Below are positions 24,230 through 36,500 of a stretch of 64,000 bases of DNA, piece by piece. The DNA is taken from contig JAYWIR010000010.1 in the NCBI GenBank assembly GCA_036172245.1, positions 4,464,001 through 4,528,000 of the forward strand, in the 5' to 3' direction. The notes under the pieces were generated by a model that was not told where the DNA came from, did not search any database, and saw only the letters and a list, made by a program, of their open reading frames with translations. The position numbers and the translations under genes are program-made. How positions within the stretch are numbered: position 1 is the stretch's first letter; the number at the start of each line of letters is the position of its first letter. Source of the DNA: Raillietiella orientalis (Eukaryota).

Positions 24230-24936
24230 TACGTTCCCCCTGAAGTGGCAGGAGTTGATGTTGCTGGTGATGTATGGGGGAATACCGTGCAAAGCGCGCC
24301 TTCACCACTAGATACGGGGTGAGGATGGACTCTCAGTGCGACAGGTACGGGAAAAAAGAGACCCTCCCGCACCTGTTGTTGGACTGTGCTGCCCTCCGAC
24401 TCCTCTGGGGTCGCCTCGCGACGACCCTAGGAATCCCGGCAGGAGACATCAGGGGCATTTTTAAATGCCGCATCGGGCGTGCTGCACTGCTGACAGTCAC
24501 AACACTCGCAGTTCCTTTGCTGTGATCGTGGGATCACGGCGAAGAGGAACGGCTGAAGAAGAGGTCAAAATGTCCGAGACGCCGTCCACCGGGCGCGGAT
24601 TTTCCTGAGGACAGCCTCGAGATGATCCTACCTAAATGCTATACGGACGAAACTTCCCAGCATCCTCAGCAGGATGCAGAGGACGCCTGGCGGAGTAGTG
24701 TGATCCCTTATTCGGTTCGCCCACTCCCTGTATAAAAATTCTCGTACCCTGTTTTGTTTGCTTATTTTGTTTTGTTTTTGTTTCCCCCCTTCCCCCACGC
24801 TGCCGAAGTGGACCTCGCCAGTCTGCGCACCTCTCTGCCGCAGGCTCATTGCGCGTGGTGAAACCAAGGGTCCTCACCACACCAATGCACTTTTATTTCT
24901 CCACGTAAGAAATACCCCGGCATAACCGGATCATAA
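24230..24936 (+). mobile_element. Tx1-like 3' fragment with finger, 3' UTR and terminus
   Basis: CDRYGKKETLPHLLLDCAALRLLWGRLATTLGI; T-rich tract; end AAATACCCCGGCATAACCGGATCATAA at 24910-24936. Confidence 0.85.
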
Positions 24937-25977
24937 TCGTCATCTCCTTTCCAACTTTCGAGGGGATACATTTTTTCAAGAACGAGAACGATGGAGCTGA
25001 AACCATGGAATCGTTCTAATCGACTGCAGATCAGTAGAACTCGAAAAGCTCTGCCAGTTTGTAACAAACACTTTGAATTCTTTGTGCCAGAAGAGGCAAT
25101 AATAAGCGTCTTCCTATCAACACGTCGAAGTCACATTTTATATCTTTTGCAAGCATTCTCATATTTATCATTCATGCGTAATCCACAGGGCTAGTCCAAC
25201 GCGGTTTCGTATAACGCGACCGTGTCCGCCGCGTTATACAAGTACCTACAGGTTTTTTTCTCTTCCCACACCTTATGCATTGCACCCCATTCTTCGTCAC
25301 AAGGTCAGGCTCGAGGCGAGCCATTTTCGATTCGCGCGTCCTTTATGAGAACACGGCATCGTCGCCAGCCTCATCCCCGCTTTTCCGCTCTGCTCGCACT
25401 TCGATTCCCGGAGCAGCGGGTCCATTGAAGGGTGCTTAGGTCTCCAGAGAAATCTTTGAAGATGAGACTCTGCTGCCCAGACGCGAGATCTCCTCCGTTC
25501 TTGTTCGATGGCAGACGACCTCTCCTTTCCTCGTTCAGATGGAAACGCTACCTGTCACTCCTGCAGGAAACGACAGCAGCAGATTCGAAAGTTCCGGAAA
25601 ATTTCAACTCATAATGCAATGGAGAGAGAAGAAGCATCCTTTGCTGCTGTCCATACAAAGGGTCTCGCGGTCATGAAGTCCGGGCTGAGCTGGGGATTTC
25701 GGGTCACTCTGTTAAGAAGGTGGTTTTGTTCTCGGCATGTGTCGTCCAGCATCTGGGACATCTTCAACATGCACCGGGTAGGATAGTGGCTGCAAACGAC
25801 CCTCCCACCTCTGGGCGATTTATTTATCATGAATAAATAAATGAATCACACGGAGAGGAGAATCGACGTGTCCATCTCCTCTCAGAACTAGGGAGAGAAG
25901 AAAGGAAAGGAAAAAGGGTCAATAAATAAGCAAATAAATGGGGGAGGGTGCCATGAACAGGTCTCAGGAATCTGAGC

Positions 25978-26276
25978 GCCATTCCAGAGGGCCTGTCCAT
26001 AGGAACAGGGAACGCATAGGGATGGAAGGATGTTTTCAACGGCGTGGGACTGGTCTGTCCGCAATCGTCCGCAGGTTTGCTTGCGTCTCTCACTTGTCGT
26101 CTCTCATCTGGTGGTCCTTTCATCTACCTCCGCATGCATGCGATGGAACGGCTCTCCGTCTCGGCCATGGCCACGCCCTTCCTCCATCTTGGTGATCACC
26201 GCTGCTCGAGCGTGGCATGGAATCGCCAGCGAGGAGGCAGACATCTGGTAGCCCTGCAGAGTGTTTTTTTGAACAG
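25978..26276 (+). repeat. Dispersed repeat family D copy 1 (unidentified)
   Basis: Inverted homolog at 28707-28988, e.g. CACGCCCTTCCTCCATCTTGG and GGAATCGCCAGCGAGGAGGCAGACATCTGG are shared. Confidence 0.9.
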
Positions 26277-26559
26277 GTCCTGTGAGGTGGCATCTTGGAA
26301 ATCACTTGAGCTCATCATCTTTTGCTCCCGCGCGACCGTCCCGTCCTTTACGCAGCCTCTAGAGCATCCGAGAAGTGCGTGCGACCGAGTGCAGACGTAC
26401 GCAATGGAATCTCCAGAATACGACAAGCACCAGCGCGGCAACGTTCTTCAAGTACGCTGGCTTGACGCAGCAGCGGAAACCCCATGTTACGAAGCGCAAA
26501 GCCATGGGCTGAAATCTCAGCGTTGGTTTCTTTGAGCTCTGACCCTGTGCAAGAATAGG

Positions 26560-27080
26560 GCCACAGCAAGTCACCAGGCAAGCGCCGGGACCGGCAACTA
26601 CGAGAGTGACGCCGTAGACCGCGACGTAAACCGCGTAAACGGCAACGAGAGCGACGACCTGGATGGTGACCACGAGAGTGGCCACGTGGACAGCACGTGC
26701 AGAGATGGAGCTGAAAGTCCGTCGCTCTTTCGGAAGGCATGGAATCCTGCCAGTGCCCAGTCCTCGAGGTGCTCAGGAAGCGGAAGCACACGAGGAAGAG
26801 AACTGACGGCAGAGCGAGGAGTGGCGCCCGCAGCGCGCGACCGTTGGCGACGTTCGCTTCGAGAATCCGACCGGGGAGAAGGCGTTGCCCTCTCTTCTGG
26901 AACGGAGATCGATGCAGGCGCTAGAAGGCGCTCTCCAGAGGGACAAGCGGCCAGCGCGTCCTGCTCCGGAGTACGAGCGTTGCTGGCGGGTCTCCGGGCC
27001 ATGGGAACTAGTGGCTGGAAGAGCAGAAGAACGACGAGGTGCTCTGCGTCTCTCAAACGCAAGCGGGGACGCTGAAGCCG
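26560..27080 (+). repeat. Dispersed repeat family B copy 1 (unidentified, coding-like)
   Basis: Homologous to 29510-29950 (-) and to 42930-43310 plus 43975-44160 (+). Confidence 0.92.
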
Positions 27081-28706
27081 TATTTGGACAGCATCATCTG
27101 GGTGCGCCGTCCAGAATGCTGGTGAGCACGGTGAGATGATGAAAATCATGGGAGATCCCCGCATTGGCTTTTACTTGATGCGACGGGAAGCGTTGGTCGG
27201 AGCTTCACCGCTGAAAACCCTGAGCAGCGCCCGAATCTCATACCGTTTTCTCAAGCAGAGGGCGAGCGGGAGAAGCGAGTCTGGTGCGCACGCGCAGCAC
27301 TTGTGTTGTGTCGAGGGCAGTTCAGTGCTGCCACTGCTAATGCAGAGGCGGAACCGACGGGCACACAGCTTGATGGCTAATGGGGTCGACTGTATTTCGC
27401 TTCCTCTGAAAGCCGGCACTCTATAAACCCAGAAGATTCTAGCTCAGAAGCAAGCGGTTCGTTCGCGCAGTTCCAATGACCCGAAAGAGGGAGACACAGA
27501 ATTCTCAGGACTCAAGCGTTGGTGGTCACTTATGTTTTTTGGGGGGATTGGAAGGAGGGGATTTGATGTCTGCTTGATAGCATCAGTTCGGTCCATACAT
27601 ATTTGAAAAGGCGAGGGCATGCGAAGTACTTGCACCAAACAAAGCCTTCAGCTCTATAAAATCGTTGAAGAAGGTCTTCCGTTGTTGTCCTCAGTACCGC
27701 ATCTGTTCGCCCCTCCTCCGGTTCTGACTTGTTGGTGGGCATAGTGTGGGCCAACAACACGTTGGCTGCTCATTGCAAGAAACGTGCGTCCCGATCCATC
27801 CGACACCGCAGAGCAGAAGGGCAGCTACTTGCAGTGAAGACTCAGCAGGGGCGGCCCACCTGGCGGAGGGAAAGCGTGGAGGGAAGGGGGGGTTGCAAGC
27901 GTGCCGGCTCGCCTCACGCAGCGGTGCGTGCTAACGCATGCGGAGTGACGAATCCGAGGAGCGCCGGCTTTGTTCGCCTGGATCCCGGTGCACGAAAACA
28001 AAAAAAAAAATATGTTGTTTCCTGCGTGACTCCGATAAAGTTGAGAGATGCCGCCCGCGCTGAGTGATGGCTGAACCAAAACAGTGGACCAAAAAAGATC
28101 TTGTGTTCATCTCGTAAAGTAAACGAGATTCTTGTCGCTTCTTTCGTTCTCTTCGGGAGGGGCAAACCCTTCTGCTACTCTCCCGCATCGCAGCTCCGCG
28201 TCGTTTCTTGGCACATATCAAACCAAAACACTTCCCAATGGCGATGCACAATTGCGATTTCAAGCGCAATCATCCAGTAAATAAACACACCAAGTGTTTA
28301 TCTTATCGGTAAAAGTTACACGGCTTTAACCGCGCCACCACCTTTGAGCACTCGCATCAGGGAAGCCAAACAATCCTGTGATTTCGCAGGATTTCCTTCC
28401 AGGATACCGGAAGGTTTCCCGGAGTCGTCGCTTCGCCTCTCCGATTCTCTGAGGTCAGCAAATGAGGTAACCGAGGAGGCTGGATGCCAGCTCGGAGAAA
28501 AAGTTCTTCCCCGGGAGCTGCCCCTGAAGGACCAACAACAACAGCCTGTCTGCGAAGACCCCGCGACGCTCGGGCAGCGCAAAGAGAGCGGAGAAGACGT
28601 ATGGGAAGGTGAAATTGAGGAGAGGGTCGCTGAAAAAGGCGGGACGCGAACCTGAGCCTCGAGATAGTGCGCGGTGACTGCTTTCCTCAAGATAGAGGCC
28701 AGCACA

Positions 28707-28988
28707 CACGTGTTTAAAGAAGCGCTCTGCAGAGTTGCCAGATGTCTGCCTCCTCGCTGGCGATTCCCCGCCACGCGCGAGCAGCGTTGGCCTCCAAGAT
28801 GGAGGAAGGGCGTGCCCGTGGACGAGACGGAGAGACGTTCCATCGCCTGCATGTGGAGGAAGATGGAATGGACCACCCTGGGTGAGAGACACAAGCGAAA
28901 CTGAGGACAATTGCGCAAAGACCAGCTCTATGCCAGTGCACGCACCCTATATCCCTATGCGTTCCCTGTCCTTATGTGCAGGAATGGC
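28707..28988 (-). repeat. Dispersed repeat family D copy 2
   Basis: Reverse-complement homolog of 25978-26276. Confidence 0.9.
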
Positions 28989-29509
28989 CATGGACCCGGG
29001 ACGCTTGTCACAACACACTCGCCCCGCGGAAGTAGAGGCGCGACGTCGCTCTTCAAAGGACAGTCCTCCCGCACATTGAGGACGACGCCGTGCAGCCTTC
29101 GCTCCGGGGACCGCACGCCTCGGGTGCGAAGCGCGCTGATCTCAGCTCCGTCGGGCGATCCAGGTCCGCATCCGACGTGATTCAATGTGAGCAAATATCG
29201 GCAACAGAAGTAGGTCTTCGTGGCACCTACAGGGGTTGTTTCAGACTCGGTGGATGTTGACGGCACTTCCAGCACCTGCATCCATGACAGTATCCCGAGG
29301 GCGCAGAAGGCATCCCCATGAGGAATACGTGTTTTCAGTTTATAGGAAGAATTCAGAAAACAGAAGAGAGAATGGGGCGTTCAAGAGGGGCAGTTCTTAC
29401 CGTGTCCAAGTGTCAGAGCATTCTTTGACTTCATCGATCATGTCCTATCTCGGGAACCGCAATGTGCGCCCGACTCGCTCTCCGCTCGTGCTGTACACCA
29501 CGTTGTACT

Positions 29510-29950
29510 GGCCTTCCAGCGCATGCGTTGGCCCCCGTTCCGGAAGAGAGGGCAACGCCTTCTCCCCGGTCGGATTCTCGAAGCGAACGTCGCCAACGGT
29601 CGCGCGCTGCGGGCGCCGCTCCTCGCTCTGCCGTCAGTTCTCTTCCTCGTGTGCTTCCGCTTCCTGAGCACCTCGAGGACTGGGCACTGGCAGGATTCCA
29701 TGCCTTCCGAAAGAGCGACGGACTTTCAGCTCCATCTCTGCACGTGCTGTCCACGTGGCCACTCTCGTGGTCACCATCCAGGTCGTCGCTCTCGTTGCCG
29801 TTTACGCGGTTTACGTATCGTGGTCTACGCCGTCATTCTCGTGGTTGCCGGTCCCGACACTTTCCTGGTCACTTGCACCGCCCACTGTGGCTCCTCCGGC
29901 TACGTTTCACAGTGCAAGGGCAGGAAACGTTGAGCACTCCCGCTCTGGAG
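29510..29950 (-). repeat. Dispersed repeat family B copy 2
   Basis: 29535-29816 is the reverse complement of 26624-26905 with 2 mismatches by my alignment; flanks are more diverged. Confidence 0.93.
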
Positions 29951-31096
29951 CCTCAGCGGGTCTCTTGGAGCGGATCCCCGGCAGCGTTTCTCTGACGCGG
30001 CCATCGGCTACCATATTCCCTGCCTCCATTTTGGATGACGCGGTGGTGGTCGTGTCTGTGGGTGATGAAGCAGGTTGCTCGTGGCGACCGCGAGTGCACG
30101 TTGACAGTTCTTGAGCACGAAATACCTCCCGTACGTGAGGTCCGCACCGCTTCTCGTGATTGCTCCTAGCAGTGGTTCTGGAGTGCAGCCAAAATGATCA
30201 CTCAGAATCCTTACGTTTGTGGTTGGTGTATTTCACCACGAACGATTCGGAATATGCAAGGGAAAAAGGAGTTGAAGGAACTCTAAATAGCTTTACGTTC
30301 TTCTCGGTCTATGTACACTTTGTCAATTATGCTGTCACATTTTCCAATCCTTATCCGCTTGCATCAGCAATCGATGCCGTGGATGCTTCTTTTTGTTTCC
30401 TCCTTCCATCGAGAATAACGATAATAACGGACCTCCGATCTCCTTGCCCCATTTTTCTCTCTCAGGAAACCCTGGTTTCCTGTAGGAAAACCTTCCAGTC
30501 ACTGTTTCCCATTTTTTGCACGCTGCAATTCACTGCAAGCTCCGAATGTCGAGTTTGGAGAGCAAGGAAGAGCGGCTCAGTGCTTCATGATAGGGAAGGA
30601 GAGGTGTCCGTTCTTTCTCATGCTGCATGGCGGAGGAGAAGACCGCGAGCTTTTGTCATCGGGTATGCGTGCGGCCGAAGGACCTCCAGCTTTCCCAATG
30701 CACCGACGTTCTTTTTATCATCCGAGATGCCAGCGAGCTGGCCACTTTGTGCAGTTTCTTCGTCCCCTCGGCTGGCTGGACTGGCACCGTCTCTATTGCC
30801 TCCTCCATGGTGATTGCTAACCGGGCGGTGATGCTGTTCGTTTAAGCGTTACCCAGATCCTTGGGGACGGGTAGCTTCAAAGTGTCCAGGATTTTGTTTT
30901 TGGTCTTTTTGGAAGGGGGAGGATGGTAGTGGTTTCTTGGGTGGCCTTTTCAGAAATCGCATTGTGACAGAAGCCGCGGTTCAGAGGTTATCCAAAAAAA
31001 ATTAAAAGAGAATCAGAAGGCTTATTGAAATAGACAGCAACCTTTCTAATAGTAGAGAAAGAATTGTTTCTGGTGAACCCTTCATGTGCCGCTGGG

Positions 31097-31640
31097 TTAT
31101 CATCCGGGTGCACCGGGGCGTTTATTTCATCTAAAGTAAATAATCATGATCTCTGGTTGGACTACCAGTGCAACCATGTCCATTTTTAGAACAACCGTGT
31201 CACCGGTAGGTAGGCCGGTGAAGTCTGCCACGGCAGCAGAGGAAAGGGGGCAAAGAAAAAAAAAAGAAACAAAAATAAAAATAAATGAATAAAATTAATA
31301 TGGGCAGGAATGCAGGGGTGCAGTCTTCTGCATCTTTTCGAGGATGCTGGCAATCTCTTGCTGCATGCTGTCCTTCAGGTCATTTTCATGAAACTGCCAG
31401 CAGAGAGCTGCTAGCGAGGCTGCCGACCTAAGGGCATCGCGTGGGAGGATGGATTGCAAAACATCCCTAAAGTTGCCGCCGGAGATTCCCAGGGTCGCGG
31501 CAAGACGTTTCCAGAGGGGTCGGAGGGCAACGCAATCCACAAGCAGTGCGAGAGGGATTTGCGATGTGCCGCTGAAAAGCTCCGCGAGGGACGCATTTCG
31601 AGAAGGGTGCCTGCCTGGAGTATGAAGCGAATGAACCCGC
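31097..31640 (-). mobile_element. Tx1-like 3' fragment with clean terminus
   Basis: LLVDCVALRPLWKRLAATLGISGGN...AASLAALC; ends AATAAACGCCCCGGTGCACCCGGATGATAA at 31097-31126. Confidence 0.9.
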
Positions 31641-32599
31641 AAATGTTGAGAGAGACCAGAAGGGTGTTGGCTCTACCCCAGGTGGCCATACGAATGCTCA
31701 CGAGGCATCTCCCCTTGTTTGCTCCTTTCGCGTGGTTGTTGAGCCATCCATTCCGTCTCTGCCAATGCATATCCGGAGCTTGCAGTCGATTTGGGCAAGC
31801 AAAGAGTGGGGAGCGGTAGCTGGAAGGTTTTTCTCCAGGGAACGAGAGTTTCCAGGAAGGAAAAAAAGGGGGGGGAGTGGGGAAGGAGAAGAGAGGTTCG
31901 TCACGCTCGGTGGAGGTAAGAAAGGAAAAAGAAGATCGTGAAACTGGGAAAGGACCCTTTCCGAGTAGAAGATGTTTTGATGAATCGGGAGACGTTCGAG
32001 CCTCTCCGGACAGATGTTCCAAAAAGGCCTGAGAAAAGAGACACCGAACGAGGATGCACATTGAGGGAGAAAGGGAAGGGGGAAGCCGGCTCCAGCAACG
32101 GAAGCACCCACGGACGGATTCGAGAAAGGTGAATATGGGACCCAGAATCCTCTACGTTCCAGGAGGAGAGTCTCGGCTGGAGCTTGGATTCGCTTCCGAG
32201 AGTGTCTGGAGAGCGCAACGATTCGGCGGGTCGCCTCCCGATCGGGAGGGAGGAGCAGAACGTGTGCTCTCCTTTCTCGGGAGCAACGGAGGCACATTGC
32301 ATTCCCTCTCATTTTCGACTCGTAAACACAAAATCACGGGAAGAGTCAGATATCCAGCTGGGAAGGGAGCTCTGTGCTGGCCAGAGTGATCGTCAAACGA
32401 ACTGCAGACTTTCATTGCGGCTGCAACTTAGCTGAAACTCCAATTCAATGGCATCGAACTGTCCCGAGCAGAATTATGGGTCTTCGAGAGAGCGAAAGGG
32501 GAAAAAATGATCCCGATGTGAGTTTGAGCAGTCCTGAGCTGGCAACGCCCTGATTCCCGGCTTTGGTGCAGCCTTGGAAAATCGGCTTCCGAGCTGAAA

Positions 32600-33000
32600 A
32601 CGGGACAAGCGAAAGGTCATGACCACCGTTTGGATTTCAAGCTCCCCTCCTTGCCGGCCGACCACCCAGTCTTCAGCTTGCTGACTGGCAAGCTGGAAGT
32701 TTTGCACACTGAGCGTGCATTGCAAAGCGAAAGTTGAGGTAACCTGCAGGGATCCTCGCAACTTCGCCGAGCCTCTCTCCGGGAAGGGTTCCTCGAAGTG
32801 TTTGCGAGTGATGACGGTTCCCTGGGAGCCGTCTCTATGCCTCTTGAGATCCTACCGTCGCCAGAGGCTTTGGAAGTCGGGTGCGCAAACGTCAACGGAG
32901 GGAGATCTGGCTGCTGAAACCAATGCTGTAACGCTGTTCGATTCCGGGGAGAAAGGTCATTTTTCAGGAAGAGGGCTGGAGGTGCGCCATGCAAGTTCTG
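32600..33000 (+). mobile_element. Degraded ORF1 relic
   Basis: KVEVTCRDP resembles RVELTCKDA of ORF1; the same GAGGTAACCTGCAGGGATC occurs at about 39290. Confidence 0.4.
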
Positions 33001-33079
33001 GGTAGAATAGTTTCGGAGCCATGGTAACCAAGTGCCGTAAGAATTTTACGGTAAAAGACACATGTCTCACTGCAACTCT

Positions 33080-33535
33080 TGCATCGTCTTTCTTAATTTT
33101 TGACCTTTCGGGGTCATTTCAGGAACCAGAAGAACCCCAGAGTCTGTTCCCTTCGTAGTTCCCCTGCTGTTGCGCAGATAAAGCCGCCTCCTTTCCCAGA
33201 GGGAGGACCCTCCATCTCGTACCATGGAGTTGGTGAATTGATGTCACTCCAGAGTGCGAAGAAGCGCGCTGCTCCCTTCAGAGAAAATTCGGAAGTGTCC
33301 TTACGGGATTGTCTTCAAGGGAGTAAACAGGGAGCGGTTTCCTTGCAGGGTTCTTCCCAGGCGTAAGAGGAACACGAACTCCTTCTTTCGGAACGCTTCC
33401 TAGATTCATGGGGTAGTCTTCTTCCGTGGGATGCCCCTTGAAGAGGTACCACACTCACCCTCGGGTGGCGTGGAACAGCGTCAAAGAGCTGCGTGAGCCG
33501 CTAGGTGTGCGGCAGTTCTTTAGTACTTGGCTAAC
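33080..33535 (-). repeat. Dispersed repeat family C copy
   Basis: Colinear nucleotide similarity to 23620-24145, e.g. CGTACCATGGAG, CTCCAGAGT, GAGCTNCGTGAGCC, TACTTGGC-AACCAAAAAAA. Confidence 0.8.
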
Positions 33536-36500
33536 CAAAAAAAAGAACCCCCCAACAAAAAAAAAACACTGAGAGGAAAACAAGGAAACAAGAAAGAACC
33601 GAAAAGGATTTTCATTATCCTGACGATTTCTGTGCTTACCAAAGGGTCTGGAATACAAGATGTGAACCTTTTGGCGACCTTTGCCTTCATACCGGACAAT
33701 ACTTTTCCAGCGTACAGAACTGACAGAAGAAGGAGGATAAGAAAACTAGGAAGACGGTCATAGAGTTTGCTGGAATCAGGGAGCTGTAGATTTTAATACC
33801 TAAATCTTCCATGAGGGGGCGCTCGCTGCTTCATGGGATTAACTCCTTCAGAGGATCACGGTCTGTATGCCGTTATTGTACGTTGGCAATCCTGCAGAAG
33901 CTGGAAATCTTTCCCATCTCGAAAGTGTCCATATTAGAAATGCCATTTTCATGTCACGTGTTCCTTGAAGATTTGGTCAGAACATTTTGATCAAAAACGC
34001 GCAGACAAGCTGATTTTCAGCCACCTAGACAATCTCCTAACAAACGGATTCTTCAGGATTTGAAGTATCAGTTTGCTCTACGAACCATCTTCCACTCTTA
34101 TTCCCTTGAACTGCTAGACTGAGACACGCAGGAGCATTTTAAGAAAAGGACCCAAAGGGATTGCTTGAGTGACTAAGTTTTTCAATGGAGCCCTAAGAGA
34201 CAACAAATGATGCTGCGTTGTGGATTATAGCACGCTGCGAACGGCAGGTAGATCTCTTGCACGGTGCTGATCAAAAAAGGTCACCAAGTAGAAGTGGAGA
34301 TGACACCAAAAATTCAAGACACCCTAATGCTGACTGCATCCGAACAGGCGCTCTTTCGATCATATTCAGGGACTGCAGCATCGAGCGCGCACATGAGAAT
34401 CACCACAAATCCGTGAGTGATTCGATGCAAGGCTGCATGGAGACCCTTTATAGCAAGACACCCGGTCCAAGAGAAGGCCGTTCCTTACGTGGACTAGTAT
34501 CGGGCTTGGGTGGATTTCCTATTCTGTAGTAACCAGCTTTGTTCGTAGATTATAGAATTATCCTCGCGTTCAGCCTTCTTCCCGTGAGGGCATCACCCGC
34601 CGGGAGCTGCGCTGGTTGCCTGGCCAGAGGCCCTCGGAAAATGGAAAGAATCTTCCCGTCGCATCTTAACAAGTAGGTCGTCAACAAGACTACCGAATCG
34701 CAAAAGCCTGGCGAACTGGTGAACCAGATCAGGGGAGCTACCCCAAAACAATGAGGATTTATCACCCGGTTTCTGTGGGGTGTTTGTTGTGAACAAGAGG
34801 CTTGCAAGAGAAAAGAGCAGTGGTGGAGCATTAGGTCCTGTCACGCCTAACGCTCACGAAGACGTGTCAGGTCGAGGCTTCTCTTCGGAAACACAGGGAA
34901 AGGGAATGATCGAAAAAGCTCGAAACGGTGGAGGTTAGTAGCCGCCAGCCAGACTGTTCCGGAAACAGACTGGGAACTCGTGGCTCTCGAGCCATGCTTC
35001 AGGAAGGGAAGGCCATCATCGTACTGTGGGCGCCACGTGGCTCTTCGAAGTCACAGGATGAGTTGAAGAGAAGAGACAGGCACGTTAGAAAGCAGGGAAT
35101 CAAATGAATGACCATCCCATTTTTCACGGAAGAAAAATGACATAGTTTCTTTTTCTTTTTTTCTTCTTCTTTCTTTACCTTTTGCGGCATGATTTTCTGG
35201 ATACGAAAACCACAACTCTCGATGCTGGAAAAGGCGAGGCTGGCGCCAGCTTCCGCGAAGTCATCCAGCACTGGCACGTTGTGCCCTCCGCTAGCTGGTA
35301 CTCTCGTTTTGCTGCTCTTCAGCCGGAGTCATCGAGAATTCCAGGATTAAACGCCACACGCCTTCTTAGGATTGCGAAAAAAATGACCCTTCCGGCCAAG
35401 CTCTAACCATCGGTGACCTCTAATGTCCCATGTCAGCTCTCTCTCAAGGGAAACGCTGCATTAGAGGTAAGCCCGCTCAGCAATTGGACGTGGGGGAAGG
35501 AAATGGGACGGAGAGATGGAAACTCCAGCAATCCTTCCGAATCGATTTTTTTCATCGCAACGCAGGTTAAGGGAAGTTCCAATGCAAGACCTCCAATTCT
35601 CATTAAACGAATGTCCCTGTTTTCTCGATGACAAGGCAGTTTTCCTTTTTCAACCAAGCCGGCAACCGAGCTGGATGCTCGAATTGCCACGAAAAGTTCT
35701 TCCCTCCAGATGATACGGATCCGCAGTACCTTTTAGTGATTGTCCCGGGAAATAAATGAGGAAACTGCACTTCTTCTCACCCTTTGCCGTTTTCGCGTCG
35801 AAACGGAGATAACCTTAGAATATTATGTTCCCTTTTTTAATGAAATATGGTCCGGGAACAGCGATTAACTGGAACTACATTTGGGGTGAGGCTGGCATTG
35901 CTATATTGCGCGGCAGTGTCGGTTGGTGTTTGCGCGGAGCTGTGGCACTCGAATGGATTCCCGTGCACGTGGCTTCCATTTTCAATTTTCGAAGTTTCCT
36001 TGTTACGCTCACGGAATGGGATGGATGGCTTGTCTACGGGATGGAATGAGCAACGATCCGGACGAGTCACAACCCTTCCTCAATCCCTCTCAAGCGGTTC
36101 TCCTCGTGAGAGCGGCGAAGGAGATACTACGAGCACTGACCCCTTTCCCCGAGGGCAAGCAGTGCTTCAGAATTTCGACGTCACCGCATCGCGGAGGCAG
36201 CAGGGACGACTGATCCGCGAGGTCGCTGGATGCAGAAGAACGCGGGTCATCCTGAAGAGAGGAGTGACTGATGACATGGGGTGATCGTCTTGGGTGCGTG
36301 CAACGTGTGCATATGAGGCACTTTGAAGCAATAAGAAACGCTGTAGGAGACACAGAGGCACAGAGGAGAGGGAATTACCCGATTGGAGGAAGTGGAGGAC
36401 GGTGAATAGCTCGGAACTCTCCTCGCAAAAGCAGATCTTTTTCCTCTCGACGCCTCGATTGCACATTCTGTCGAAGAAAACGAGGCGATCGCTCACCGTT

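Noticed and set aside
27160..27200. LLLDATGSV resembling a Mutator-type catalytic motif
   Set aside because: Isolated motif; not seen downstream of the other family B copy; no further DDE motifs recognised.
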